64,000 nucleotides of DNA from the NCBI GenBank assembly GCA_002269645.1, contig NIVC01001940.1, positions 62,001 through 126,000 of the forward strand, read 5' to 3'. The stretch's first letter is position 1. The number at the start of each line of letters is the position of its first letter. Below the pieces are notes generated by a model, which saw nothing but the letters and a program-made list of their open reading frames with translations, was not told the origin of the DNA and ran no database searches. This document shows, piece after piece, positions 1 through 13,500 of the stretch. Made by a program: the position numbers and the translations under genes. The DNA comes from Macrostomum lignano (lineage: Eukaryota).

Positions 1-221
<221 letters not shown>

Positions 222-959
222 TCTCATTCTCGGGCATCCATTCTCGGCTGATCTGTTTAGCCTTAGTCTTCGATAAAATGAAAGCCCTCCAGAGTTCCCA
301 TGGTCTCTCCAGGCCCAGCTCAACCAAGTCTTTATTGAGTTCAAAAGCAAGATTCACAGTATTATTGATAAAAATGAAAGAAGAAACTTGTTATACCTAT
401 TCATATATATATATATACTACTCTGAAGTAGTACTAAGGCTACTTAAGTATTAAAAGCAGCTTGTCTCGCATGCCCCAGCTTCTCCACTGCCTACTCCAA
501 GAAATAAAAAAAATGTTTTTGTTATTGCTGTTGTTGCTATTGTTGCTTTTATTTATCGGATTTAATGCTCGAAGGATATGATTTTATATGCATATATATA
601 TTTACTGTGCACTCTGTGTGTCTGGCTGGCGTATATAATTCTAATATGCATATTATATATTAATGTTTGTGCTTCGGCTTATTCTCTCTGTTATTTGACA
701 GAATGTACTTTTATTGTCTTGCAAATTTGACACCTGCTTAACACCGATTACTATATTATATTATATACTTTACATAGCTACTCTCAGAGCACTTGCTGGA
801 ATTCTATTAAATATACTTTGAGTAGATCTAATAATCTACTTTTTATGCAGTTCGTGTCAGATGTATTATTGAACTACGATTGTTAGTATTAGTAATAAAA
901 AAACCTGTGACGAACCACGTTCGGCTCAAACTGTTTGTTAATTATTTTATCCAGTGCTG

Positions 960-1290
960 AACAGCTGGGTAGTTGTCTAACAGATGGGTGTATATCTAAC
1001 AGAAAGTTGTCTAACAGATAGGTGTATATCCAACAGATAGATGTCTAATAGATGGGTGTATATCTAACAGAAAGTTGTCTAACAGATAGGTGTATATCTA
1101 ACAGAAAGTTGTCTAACAGATGGGTGTATATCTAACAGAAAGTTGTCTAACAGATAGGTGTATATCCAACAGATACATGTATAACAGATAGGTGTATTTC
1201 TAACTGATAGATGTCTACAGATGAGTGTATATCTAACAGATAGGTGTCTAACAGATAGACGTATATCTAACAGTTAATGTCTAACAGATA
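960..1290. repeat. Degenerate CTAACAGA-based minisatellite
   Basis: Recurrent ctaacagataggtgtatat and ctaacagaaagttgt units. Confidence 0.85.
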
Positions 1291-1299
1291 GACAAACTA

Positions 1300-1735
1300 A
1301 TCATCAAATTGGAGTGGATAATCATCAGACTGGAGTGGATAATCATCAAATTGGAGTGGATAATCATCAGATTGGAGTGGATAATCATCAAATTGGAGTG
1401 GATAATCATCAGATTGGAGTGAATAATCATCAAATTGGAGTGGATAATCATCAGACTAGAGTGGATAATCATCAGACTAGAGTGGATAATCATCAGACTA
1501 GAGTGGATAATCATCAGACTAGAGTGGATAATCATCAGACTGGAGTGGATAATCATCAGACTGGAGTGGATAATCATCAAATTGGAGTGGATAATCATCA
1601 GATTGGAGTGGATAATCATCAGATTGGAGTGGATAATCATCAGACTGGAGTGGATAATCATCAGACTGGAGTGGATAATCATCAGAATGGAGTGGATAAT
1701 CATCAGACTGGAGTGGATAATCATCAGATTAGAGC
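1300..1735. repeat. 21-bp minisatellite TGGAGTGGATAATCATCAGAC
   Basis: Direct periodicity; explains the ORFs at 1281-1832. Confidence 0.95.
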
Positions 1736-2444
1736 AGATAATAACAGCTTCTTGGTTGAATACAACAAGCCAAGTCCGCCCAATGGGAGTAGAAGACATT
1801 GGTAATTGAGGTGAAAAATGTTCCACAATCACGACATTCGAGTTAGATATTATGAGATAGTAGAATTGAAGTTAGCAAAGATCTACAATAAGATGCCTGC
1901 AGTGACAGCTGTTAGATGCCAGGTGCATTACTGCTCAAATCTTTCTAAGGTTGTCATCAAGTGCACCTGAGAGTTCCGAACCAGTTTTGTACAGAATTTC
2001 GCACTTGAGCTAATTGCTCTCAAACATCTGCTACAACTTTTGTCCTCGTATATTTATTCCCACAGAGCAGGTAGGAAAACCGCGCCTTGCTACACATCAT
2101 AAAATCTCCCTTATTACGATAAAGCCGGGAGTTAAAAAGCACTCAGAAATCCCAGGTGAGGATGCTGAATGCATTCCAATTGCTACTTTGCGGCATCGTC
2201 GGTACGCACGAAATCCCCCCCCCCCAGTTTCTCACGCAAACCGCGAACAGCTCCGCTGGCAGAGCAGAGCGACAGCGAGGATGGGAGCAGCAAGTGAAAT
2301 CCCTGTTGTGCGTGCAGTGAGTTCTCAGCTGTTGTGTATATTTGCTGGACTCTACAGTCTTGAGAATCCTCCTCAGAATTGATAGCATTTGTATATTGTT
2401 TTTTTCAATTTTAAAATGAATTTAATATCTATACATAAGTTGAA

Positions 2445-4125
2445 ATTCCCCACTCAAGGTCTCTATAGGATTGGGATTCCATACTCAAGGTCTCTGTATG
2501 GAATTGGGATTCTCCACTCAAGGTCTCTGTATGGAATTGGGATTTCCCACTCAAGGGTTCTGTATGGAATTGGGATTTCCCACTCAAGGTCTCTGTATGG
2601 AATTGGGATTCTCCACTCAAGGTCTCTGTATGGAATTGGGATTTCCCACTCAAGGGTTCTGTATGGAATAGGGATTCCCCACTCAAGGTCTCTGTATGGA
2701 ATTGGGATTCCCCACTCAAGGTCTCTGTATGGAATTGGGATTCTCCACTCAAGGTCTCTGTATGGAATTGGGATTTCCCACTCAAGAGTTCTGTATGGAA
2801 TAGGGATTCCCCACTCAAGGTCTCTGTATGGAATTGGGATTTCCCACTCAAGAGTTCTGTATGGAATAGGGATTCCCCACTCAAGGTCTCTGTATGGAAT
2901 TGGGATTTCCCACTAAAGGGTTCTGTATGGAATAGGGATTCCCCACTCAAGGTCTCTGTATGGAATTTGGATTCTCCACTCAAGGTCTCTGTATGGAATT
3001 GGGATTCCCCACTCAAGGTCTCTGTATGGAATTGGGATTCTCCACTCAAGGTCTCTGTATGGAATTGGGATTCTCCACTCAAGGTCTCTGTATGGAATTG
3101 GGATTTCCCACTCAAGAGTTCTGTATGGAATAGGGATTCCCCACTCAAGGTCTCTGTATGGAATTGGGATTTCCCACTCAAGGGTTCTGTATGGAATAGG
3201 GATTCCCCACTCAAGGTCTCTGTATGGAATTGGGATTCCCCACTCAAGGTCTCTGTATGGAATTGGGATTCCCCACTCAAGGTCTCTGTATGGAATTGGG
3301 ATTTTCCACTCAAGGTCTCTGTATGGAATTTGGATTCTCCACTCAAGGTCTCTGTATGGAATTGGGATTCCCCACTCAAGGTCTCTGTATGGAATTGGGA
3401 TTCTCCACTCAAGGTTTCTGTATGGAATTGGGATTCTTCACTCAAGGTCTCTGTATGGAATTGGGATTCCCCACTCAAGGTCTCTGTATGGAATTGGGAT
3501 TCTCCACTCAAGGTCTCTGTATGGAATTGGGATTCTCCACTCAAGGTCTCTGTATGGAATTGGGATTTTCCACTCAAGGTCTCTGTATGGAATTTGGATT
3601 CTCCACTCAAGGTCTCTGTATGGAATTGGGATTCCCCACTCAAGGTCTCTGTATGGAATTGGGATTCTCCACTCAAGGTCTCTGTATGGAATTGGGATTT
3701 TCCACTCAAGGTCTCTGTATGGAATTGGGATTTCCCACTCAAGGGTTCTGTATGGAATAGGGATTCCCCACTCAAGGTCTCTGTATGGAATTGGGATTCC
3801 CCACTAAATATCTCTGTATGGAATGGGGAATCCCTACTTAAAGTCTCTGTATGGAATTGGGATTTCCCACTCAATGTCTCTATAGTATTGGGATTTTCCA
3901 CTCAAGGTCTCTATAGGATTGGGATTCCCCACTCAAGGTCTCTGTATCGAATTGGGATTCCCCACTAAAGATCTCTGTATGGAATGGGGAATCCCTACTT
4001 AAAGTCTCTGTATGGAATTGGGATTCCCCACTCAATGTCTCTATAGTATTGAGATTTTCCACTCAAGGTCTCTATAGGATTGGGATTCCCCACTCAAGGT
4101 CACTGTATCGGATTGGAATTCCCCA
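2445..4125. repeat. 33-bp minisatellite GGGATTCCCCACTCAAGGTCTCTGTATGGAATT
   Basis: Direct periodicity. Confidence 0.95.
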
Positions 4126-4426
4126 CTCTCTATAGGTCTCTATATAAGGTTAGGATTCCCGCTTAAGATCTTCTAGGATTAGTATTTACCACTCAAGGTC
4201 TCAACATAAGGTTTGGGTTCCGAAGAAGGCATTTCCTCTAATTCCAAATCAAATTTACTTTTAACGGAAGCAAACGAATCTACTGCAGGCGTGCTAATAA
4301 TGATAAGATTGTATTACAGTTTTACTACACTGAAACACATGAGCAATATGAAGTGTTACTAGTTCTAGAATAAGTACGGTTATATAACAATATTATTCGC
4401 TACATGTAAATGTTTTTGTTCATAGC

Positions 4427-4566
4427 CTAGTCAATGATGAGGCTGCTGCGGCACAGTCTCTCGATGCCTGGCTGGAGAGGCGACTGGGTGGTGGCGGTGG
4501 CCGGCGAAGTCAACGAGTCGTGGCTGTCGTGCAGACTGGGTGCCTGCATGAAAATCCCGAAGGCGC
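4427..4566 (-). CDS. nAChR exon 8 (end of M4 and C-terminal tail)
   Basis: [14 protein letters not shown]... to TAG at 4429-4427. Confidence 0.85.
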
Positions 4567-7500
4567 CTGCGGGCGAGGGAGGGGCAGAGCGCAGACATTG
4601 ACCCTGAAAGAAGCATGTGACCTTGAAGGCGTGACCTTGAGAATAAGACATTTAAAAAAGTGTGACATTGAGGTACGCTAATTTGGCGTGTGACCTTCAG
4701 AGTGGAAACTTGACTTTGACCCTGAAAAGTTGACCTTGAGACTTTGACCCTGAAAAGTTGACCTTGAGACTTTAACCTTGAAAAGTTTACCTTTAGAATT
4801 TAACCTTGAAAAGTTTACCTTGAGACTTTGACCTTGAAAAGTTGATCTTGAGACTTTGACCTTGAGACTTTGACCTTGAAAAGTTCACTCTGAGACTTTG
4901 ACCTTGAAAACTTAACCTTGAGATTGACACACGACTTTAAGAATAAATAATGCATATATCTACATGGCAACCCCGAGAGTTAAAAGTGCAATAAAATTCC
5001 AAAAATTCCACAAGACAGTAAGACAAAAGACCAGAAACTCGCTTTCGCATAATACTACCATTCCAGCCGATGCTTTCATTAGCAATAATTCGCTCAAACG
5101 ATTCTCAAGTAGCTGCTTTGCGTGGCTCAGAATGAAAGTTTTTTATCTAGACCCATTGAGGCGGCGGAGAACTCCTGCTGCTTCTAAAAGCGGCTCTCCC
5201 TACCAACTAGCTCACCAATTGCTGCAGCCAGACTGAAGAGCCACAGAAACAGGCGGTCCAGTACGAAAGCCACGAACTCCCACTCTTCGCGCACCTGAGG
5301 GATAGCAGAATTATGGGGATTCGAATGGTTCGCAATAGGCTTAAGAACAAGGAGTTTTCAATGTCTGTCATTGAGTCGCGAGTGTTTCCCGAATCCCCAT
5401 GACGGGAGGTGTGATTTGTAATCTAAAATCCCTACGATAAGAGTTAGGACTTGTTATCTACTAGTTATCTACTACCAATGATATGATTTGGGATTCATTA
5501 TCTAAATTACCCATGACGAGTTTGGGGATTCATTATCTAAAATATCCATGATGGGATTTGGGATTCAGTATCTAAAATCCTCATAATGGGATTTGGGATT
5601 CAGTATCTAAATTCCCCCTGACGGGATCTGGGATTCATTATCAAAATTACCCACGACGAGTTTTGGGATTCATTATCTAAAGTCTCCATGATGGGATTTG
5701 GGATTCATTATCTAAAGTCTCCATGATGGGATTTGGGATTCATTATCTAAAGTCCCCATGATGGGATTTGGGATTCATTATCTAAAGTCCCCATGATGGG
5801 ATTTGGGATTCATTATCTAAAGTCCCCATGATGGGATTTGGGATTCATTATCAAAATTACCCACGACGAGTTTTGGGATTCATTATCTAAAGTCTCCATG
5901 ATGGGATTTGGGATTCATTATCTAAAGTCCCCATGATGGGATTTGGGATTCATTATCTAAAGTCCCCATGATGGGATTTGGGATTCAATATCTAAAGTCC
6001 CCATGATGGGATTTGGGATTCATTATCAAAATTACCCACGACGAGTTTTGGGATTCATTATCTAAAGTCTCCATGATGGGATTTGGGATTCATTATCTAA
6101 AGTCCCCATGATGGGATTTGGGATCCATTATAAAAAATCCCCATGACGGGATTTGAGATTCAGTATCGAAATTCCCCATGATGGAAGTTGGGATTCATTA
6201 TCTAGACTCCCTATGACGGGATTTGGGATTCAGATAGGATTCAGAATCCCACTGCCTGCTCACGGTTTTATTCTTGTCGGCCTGTCGCAGGTGGTCGGCG
6301 ATGCTCCTCACATCGTCCAGAGCGAAGGCCAGATGGTCGCGGCAGGACGTGGCCGCAGTCGCCGAGGACTTGCCGCCGGTTGTCGCTGCCAGCAGCTCGG
6401 TGGCCTGGCGGGAGGGGGTAAAGGGCGTGGCGCGGGAGGCTCTTTGAGCGCGTAATGCCTGCCCGCCTTGGCAATTTGATAGCGCTGTGCAGAACTCAAT
6501 AGGAATGAGGGGGTCTGCAAGACAGAAGGCGAGCAGAGGGAAGTTGGGAAATCTCTATTATAAGCATTGATTCTAAAGTATATAGGCATCAGATAGGGAA
6601 AAACAATGGAGACTGGAGTTGGTGGTGAGGTGAGAATGATCAGAAAAGAATGCAGGGAGGGGAGAATGCAGGGAGTGGAGAATGTAGGGAAGGGAGAATG
6701 TAGGTAGGAGAATGTAGGGAGTGCAGAATGTAGGAAAGGGAGAATGTAGGGAGGGGAGAATGTAGGGAGGGGAGAATGTAGGGAGGGGAGAATGTAGGGA
6801 GGGGAGAATGTAGGGAGGGGAGAATGCAGGGAGAGGGGAGAATGTAGGGAGGGGAGAATGTAGGGAGGGGAGATTGCAGGGAGAGGGGAGAATGTAGGGA
6901 GGGGAGAATGTAGGGAGGGGAGAATGTAGGGAGGGGAGAATGCAGGGAGGGGGAATGCAGGGAGGGGGAATGCAGGGAGGGGAGAAAGCAGGGAGGGGGA
7001 ATACAGGGAGGGGGAATGCAGGGAGGGGAGAAAGCAGGGAGGGGGGAAGCAGGGAGGGGGAATGCAGGGAGGGGAGAAAGCAGGGAGGGGGGAATGCAGG
7101 GAGAGGGGAATGCAGGGAGGGGAGAAAGCAGGGAGGGGGGAATGCAGGGAGAGGGGAATGCAGGCAGGGGAGAAAGCAGGGAGGGGGGAATGTAGGGAGG
7201 GGAGAATGCAGGGAGGGGAGAATGCAGGGAGGGGAGAAAGCAGGGAGGGGGAACGCAGAAGAGGGGAATGCAGGGAGGGGAGAAAGCAGGGAGGGAGAAT
7301 GCAGGGAGGGGGGAATGCAGGGAGGGGAGAAAGCAGGGAGGGGGAACGCAGAAGAGGGGAATGCAGGGAGGGGAGAAAGCAGGGAGGGAGAATGCAGGGA
7401 GGGAGAATGCAGGGAGGGGGGAATGCAGGGAGGGGGGAATGCAGGGAGGGGGGAATGCAGGGAGGGGAGAAAGCAGGGAGGGGGAATGCAGGGGGGAATG

Positions 7501-10500
7501 TAGGGAGGGGAGAATATAGGGAGGGGAGAATGTAGGGAGGGGAGAATGTAAGGAGAGGAGAATATAGGGAGGGGAGAATGTAGGGAGGGGAGAATGTAAG
7601 GAGAGGAGAATATAGGGAGGGGAGAATGTAAGGAGAGGAGAATATAGGGAGGGGAGAATGTAGGGAGGGGAGAATGTAAGGAGAGGAGAATATAGGGAGG
7701 GGAGAATGTAGGGAGGGGAGAATGTAGGGAGGGGAGAATGTAGGGAGGGGGAATGCAGGGAGGGGAGAATGTACGCAGGATAAGCAGTGAAGAAGGCGGA
7801 TTGTTAGCCTCCTCAGGTCCATCGGTGCGCCCCAGTTTCAGCGGGCTGGATATTTTCATTTGCCATATGTTATCTCAATTGAAAAGGCTAACAGAGAGCG
7901 GCAGACCCCCGGGGCGCTCTCTGATTGATTGGCTCCAGCCATCAGCCGGCCGCCGCAATGAATAATTACTGGGGGTTCTCCGTCTCCAAGCTGAATGAAA
8001 AATTGAAATTGGTTCAGTCGATAATAAATTCCCAACAGCTCCTGCCTGCCAGCCGGCCCGAGAGACTGGCGGGGTGAGATCCGATGGGATTTGGGTGGGG
8101 AGAGTTGCTCGGGAAAATAGTAAATAGATTCTTTTTCCCCGGCTTGCACCCGGGTGTAATTTCAAACGGATAGGGAGTGGCAGACTCGTGGGAGGAATGG
8201 GGAGGTGGGGACGCCAGGATGCGAGCTGATGAAGGGCTCACTACTGCCTCTTGCTCCTGTTTCTGTTGCTTTTCCGCTGTTGTTGTTGTTGTTGTTGTGT
8301 TGTTGTTTTTGTTGTTATTGTTGTTGTTATTGTTGTTGTGTTGTTGTCGCTGTTGTTGTGTTGTTGTTGTTATTATTATTGTTGTTGTTGTTGTTATTGT
8401 TGTTGCTGTTGTTGCTGTTGTGTTGTTGTTGTGTTGCAGTTGTATTGTTGTTGTGTTGTTGTTGTGTTGCTGTTGTGTTGTTGTTGTGTTGTTGTTGTGT
8501 TGCTGTTGTGTTGTTGTTGTGTTGCTGTTGTTGTATTGCTTCTGTGTTGCTGTTGTGTTGCTTCTGTTGTTGTTGTTGCTTTTGTGTTGCTGTTGTGTTG
8601 CTTCTGTTGTTGTTGCTGCTGTTGTGTTGTTGTTGTGTTGCTGTTGTGTTGTTGTTGTGTTGCTGTTGTGTTGTTGTTGTGTTGCTGTTGTTGTATTGCT
8701 TCTGTGTTGCTGTTGTGTTGCTTCTGTTGTTGTTGTTGCTTTTGTGTTGCTGTTGTGTTGCTTCTGTTGTTGTTGCTGCTGTTGTGTTGTTGTTGTGTTG
8801 CTGTTGTGTTGTTGTTGTTGCTGCTGTTGTGTTGCTGTTTTGTTGCTGTTGTTGTTGTTGTTGTTAGCCAGAGGAGTCATCGGTTCGGGGCGGTGGCTTA
8901 GCCTACAGTACGCCAGAGCCCCTGCTTCGTTGTTCCACAGGTCCGAGAGACAGGAGATGGCGTACTTTTGTTTGGTCCAGTAGGTGGCCGGGCAGTCGCA
9001 GACATGTTTGGTCGCCTCCGCTTCGGTGTCGCACTGTCTGCAGCGACCAGCTTCCTGCCTGATTTCCCTAATGGGGCGCGAGGCGGCCATTCTGAAACGC
9101 CTAAAACTGACCGCCTCGGCCCTAGATTTGAACGTGGCCTCGTTACCTCTATTTAGCCCATTTAGGCACGGATGGTCGCTTTGCAGCAGGCGTCGGCGCT
9201 GCGCAGCACAATAGCAGCGCTGCCTCCTTGGCCTTCATTGCTTACCGAGCCGTCGGTGAAAATGGTGAGATCGGTACCTTCTATGACTCTCAATGCCGAC
9301 AATGTCAAAATGTGGACTCCCTTGGCTTTGTTGTCTTCAACAGTTTCGAGGCGTGTTTCTTCGATGCTGCAGTGCACCTCTCTCCAACTGCTCCATGATG
9401 GTTCCTGTTGAGTCTCTTTGATTCTGGGATATCCAGCATATCTGCATTCTTAAGTTCCTCCATGGCCTTTCTTCTCCAGCCAAATTTCTTCAGTCTTTGT
9501 GGGATGTCCATGGTTGCAAGCTCTCTGCGCAGTGTGCCGGGCTCAGTGCGGCTCATGCGGTCCCACTTGGCCGCCCAGAGCATCCGACAGTAGGGTTCCA
9601 GGTCCGGGAGCTTGGATTCCAACCTGACAGCCTCCACCGGAGTCGCGGCCATTAAGCCCGCGATGATGCGTCCGGCTGCCCTTTGTCCTACTTCCAGGCG
9701 TCTCCAATGCTCCTTGCTGATCCAGGGAGTCCAAGCTGGTGCACCATAGGAGTGCCATAGCAGGTCGGAGTGCCATCCCCAGTCTGTTCCAGCGAGCTTG
9801 CGCAGGAAATTGGGTCTTTTCCTGCATTCTGTAATGAGGTTGCTGGTGTGTTCCCGAGAAATTGAGGGCTCGATGGTAAGTGATGCCGAGGAATTTGGGG
9901 TTATCCTCCCATTTCAGCGTCTGGCCATTGAGTTGCACTCCAGTTGTTTGGTCTAGTTTGATCTTCGGATTGGATGTGAAGAGCGAGATAGTGCACTTCT
10001 CTGTCGCTATTGACATTTTCCATCTCCGGCTCCATTCTTCAATGGTCGTGGCGATGGGTTGGATCTTTTTGGTCGCTTCCGCAAGGTCCATTGCTCCGGT
10101 CCAGGTCGCGAGGTCGTCGGCGAAGCCGTTGACCTGCGCATGTTTTTCGATTCCGCGGAGCAGGTCGTCAATGAATAAGACGAACAAGATGGGGGAGAGG
10201 GCCGATCCTTGCGGCAGCCCCCGGGTGAACAGTTTCATTTTGCTGTCAGCGTCCCCCACGCGGGAGCAGGCTAGCCAGCCTTGTACCCGGCGAACGATTC
10301 GGTGGCAGATCCCAATTTCGCACATCTTATTCAGGAGCGCGTCGAGCCACACTTTGTCAAAAGCTATCTCGAAGTCTATCAAGAGAAGAAGAGTGACAAG
10401 TTTGCGTTGCATGTTGTCGTCTATTCCCTGTGATAGTCTGAGAAGCTGGTCTTCAGTAGATCGTCCAGGCCTGGAGCCCACTTGGCTGTCACTCAGGCCA

Positions 10501-13500
10501 CCGATCTTTTCCAGGTAGTGTCTCAGTCTTTTCACTACGATCTTTTCCAGCCATTTACCAAGGCACGATAGAAGGCTGATTGGCCGGTATGATCCCACCG
10601 TGTCCGCCAGTTTGCCGTTCTTTAGCACTGAAATGATCCGAGCAGTTCTCCAGTTTTTCGGGAGATGTGCTGTCTCTAAGGATTTGTTAAACATGTTGCA
10701 GCAGAATATCCAGGGCTTATTCCGGGAGGTTCTTTAGCAGGCTCGGGTTGAGCAGGTCTCTTCCCGCTGCGCGCTTTCCGTCTATTTCGTCCAGTGCTTT
10801 TTTGACTTCATGCAGGGTGATATCCTGTCCATGGTCTCGATGGCAGCTGATAACCCTCAGTTTTTTATTGAGGGTGTCCTTTTCTTCCTTGAGGTCAATC
10901 CTGGCAAGTTTCCTTTCTGTCTTGTCAGCCGCCTTATCCTTGATGAGATCCATGGAGCTGACTCTGGAGTATTCTCTGATGAAGGCGCTGGCCTTGGCTC
11001 TATCTGTGGTGTGTAGCTGGCCATCGTGAGTGAGCGCTCTCCCTCCTTGATCTGTTTCTTTGCTCCCTTTGATTTTTTTGATAAGTTGCCACGTCCTTCC
11101 CGATGTAGCATTGTCCTCAAGGGTAGTTTTCCACATATTTCCACATTTATTCCAAGCCTCAAAGTCGGCTACTCTGAGTTGGCCTCTAGCTTCCATCTCT
11201 TCCTTGATCTCCTCGCTGATAATGAACTCATTGCGAGTGTGCCTGCATTTCAATCCCACAGCCTCTCTCGCAGCAGCTCCTATCACTATGCTTCCAAATT
11301 TTTCCTCCGTCTGCGTCAGTGAGAGCTTATCGCGGAATTTAGTCCAGTCTGCTTTCCTAGTGCTCCAGCCGATGATTTTCCTTGTCTTGCAGTTCTTTGG
11401 TCTTTCGGTTTCTCCTGTTTGTTGGGAAGTGGTCGGAGCTAAGCTGTTTTCTGACCGTCCAGCTCCAGATCTGTTCTGTCGAGGTGTGGCAGATGGCGAC
11501 ATCCGGGGTGGAGTCTGTTTGACCTCGCAGCCCCTGTCTCGTGGGTCTGAGCGGCATCATGTTGTTGTCGTCGCACCACTCCACGATTGAGGTCTTCACC
11601 GCGTTTGTCAGCGGGCATATTGTTGTCCCAGGCTTCGCGGTGTGCGTTCCAGTCTCCTGCCAGCAGCCATTCTACCCCCGATGGTATCTTCAGCAAGTCG
11701 GTGCTTCCGAATCTTGCCGTGTTTTCTGGTGGGATGTAGATATTGGCGATCTTCCAGCGTTTTGCTTCGAGGAGTTCCACACATATCATCTGCGCTCCAG
11801 TTTCCTCGATAGCTTGATAGTTTTTGCTGAGTTCGCTGTATTTTATTCCTTTCTTGATGAGGGTGACGACACCGCCACCTCTAGCCATCTTGGACGTCAT
11901 TATAGTCTGGGTCTGTCTCTTCTAGCGATTTCATAACCTGGGATGTAGATTGGGCCGTCCTCGCTCCTGAGCTTCCTCTCCTGCAGCAGTGCAACGTCAA
12001 TGTCGCGCTCTTGCAGGAACAGGCAGAGCTCCGGGATCTTGGCCTTGAGGTTGCCGCAGTTCCAGACCAAAATGTTTGTTTTGCTGTGTTGCTTAGATTG
12101 TCGCTGCACGCTGCTCTGGACGATCTTGGGGGGTTGGGGTGACTTAGGTTCTTTGCTGCATTATTGGAATTTCGGATTTCCTAAGGACTTCCAGCGTCTT
12201 TCTTGTTGTTGACTGGCAGCTCCGGCGCAAGTCCAGTGGACTAGTTTGTTGAATGTGCTGCAGCAGGCGCCCTGGCCTCTTTTCCGGTATCTATTACAAT
12301 TTGCGCAGCGACCTTTGTGCTCTAGAAGCGCCTTCCTTGGCGTGTGCTGCGGGGTGGGCGGGATGCTGCCTGGAGAGGCAGGAGTGTTGGCCGCCTCCAC
12401 CCTTCTGATTTTGTGGTTTCTTTAACTGCAGGCCTTCGCATATCCAGAGGTCAATCTTGCTCATTCTCCATCGGGAGATGATTGTGCAGGTTTTGTGCTA
12501 GCCAACCACATTTGGCTGCTTGCGTGTCCCTTCTTGAGCAGGTCTCTTCCCGCTGCGCGCTTTCCGTCTATTTCGTCCAGTGCTTTTTTGACTTCATGCT
12601 TGCTGCAAGAAGGGATGGTCTTGCAGCTGATATGATTCATGGCTACATTGATGGCAGCGCTGAGTTGCTGGTTCTTCTTGGGTTTGCTACCACTGGGTGC
12701 GAACTTGCTCATCCCTTCAGTAAAGTCAACTAACTTATTTAATTCAATATTGGAAGTTTTTTGCTTCCACACCATTTGATTTCAACCGATTCTGCGTCTT
12801 CCTTGTTGTGTTGTTGTTGTGTTGTTGTTGTGATGCTGTTGTGATGCTGTTGTGTTGCTGTCGTGTTGCTGTTGTGTTGCTGTTGTGTTGTTGTTGTGAT
12901 GTTGTTGTGATGTTGTTGTGATGCTGTTGTGTTGTTGTTGTGATGTTGTGTTGTTGTGATGCTGTTGTGATGCTGTTGTGTTGCTGTTGTGTTGCTGTTG
13001 TGATGCTGTTGTGTTGCTGTTGTGTTGTTGTTGTGATGTTGTTGTGATGTTGTTGTGATGCTGTTGTGTTGTTGTTGTGATGTTGTTGTGATGTTGTTGT
13101 GATGTTGTTGTGATGCTGTTGTGTTGCTGTTGTGATGCTGTTGTGTTGCTGTTGTGTTGTTGTTGTGATGTTGTTGTGATGTTGTTGTGATGCTGTTGTG
13201 TTGTTGTTGTGATGTTGTTGTGATGTTGTTGTGATGTTGTTGTGATGCTGTTGTGTTGCTGTTGTGTTGCTGTTGTGATGCTGTTGTGATGCTGTTGTGT
13301 TGCTGTTGTGTTGCTGTTGTGATGCTGTTGTGATGCTGTTGTGATGCTGTTGTGATGCCGTTGTGATGCTGTTGTGATGTTGTTGTGTGTTGCTGTTGTG
13401 ATGCTGTTGTGATGCTGTTGTGATGCTGTTGTGTTGCTGTTGTGATGCTGTTGTGATGCTGTTGTGTTGCTGTTGTGTTGCTGTTGTGATGCTGTTGTGA

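Noticed and set aside
1281-3968. Long repetitive ORFs on both strands (IIHSSLM, DNHQIGV, FHTETLSGESQ)
   Set aside because: Produced by 21- and 33-bp arrays whose unit length is a multiple of 3; no splice context or non-repeat domain
4964-5236. 90-aa plus-strand ORF
   Set aside because: Antisense within nAChR intron 7/exon 7, no recognisable motif
6308-9090. Pro/Ser-rich, Gly-rich and polyQ/T/C ORFs
   Set aside because: Translations of intronic G-rich and GTT arrays
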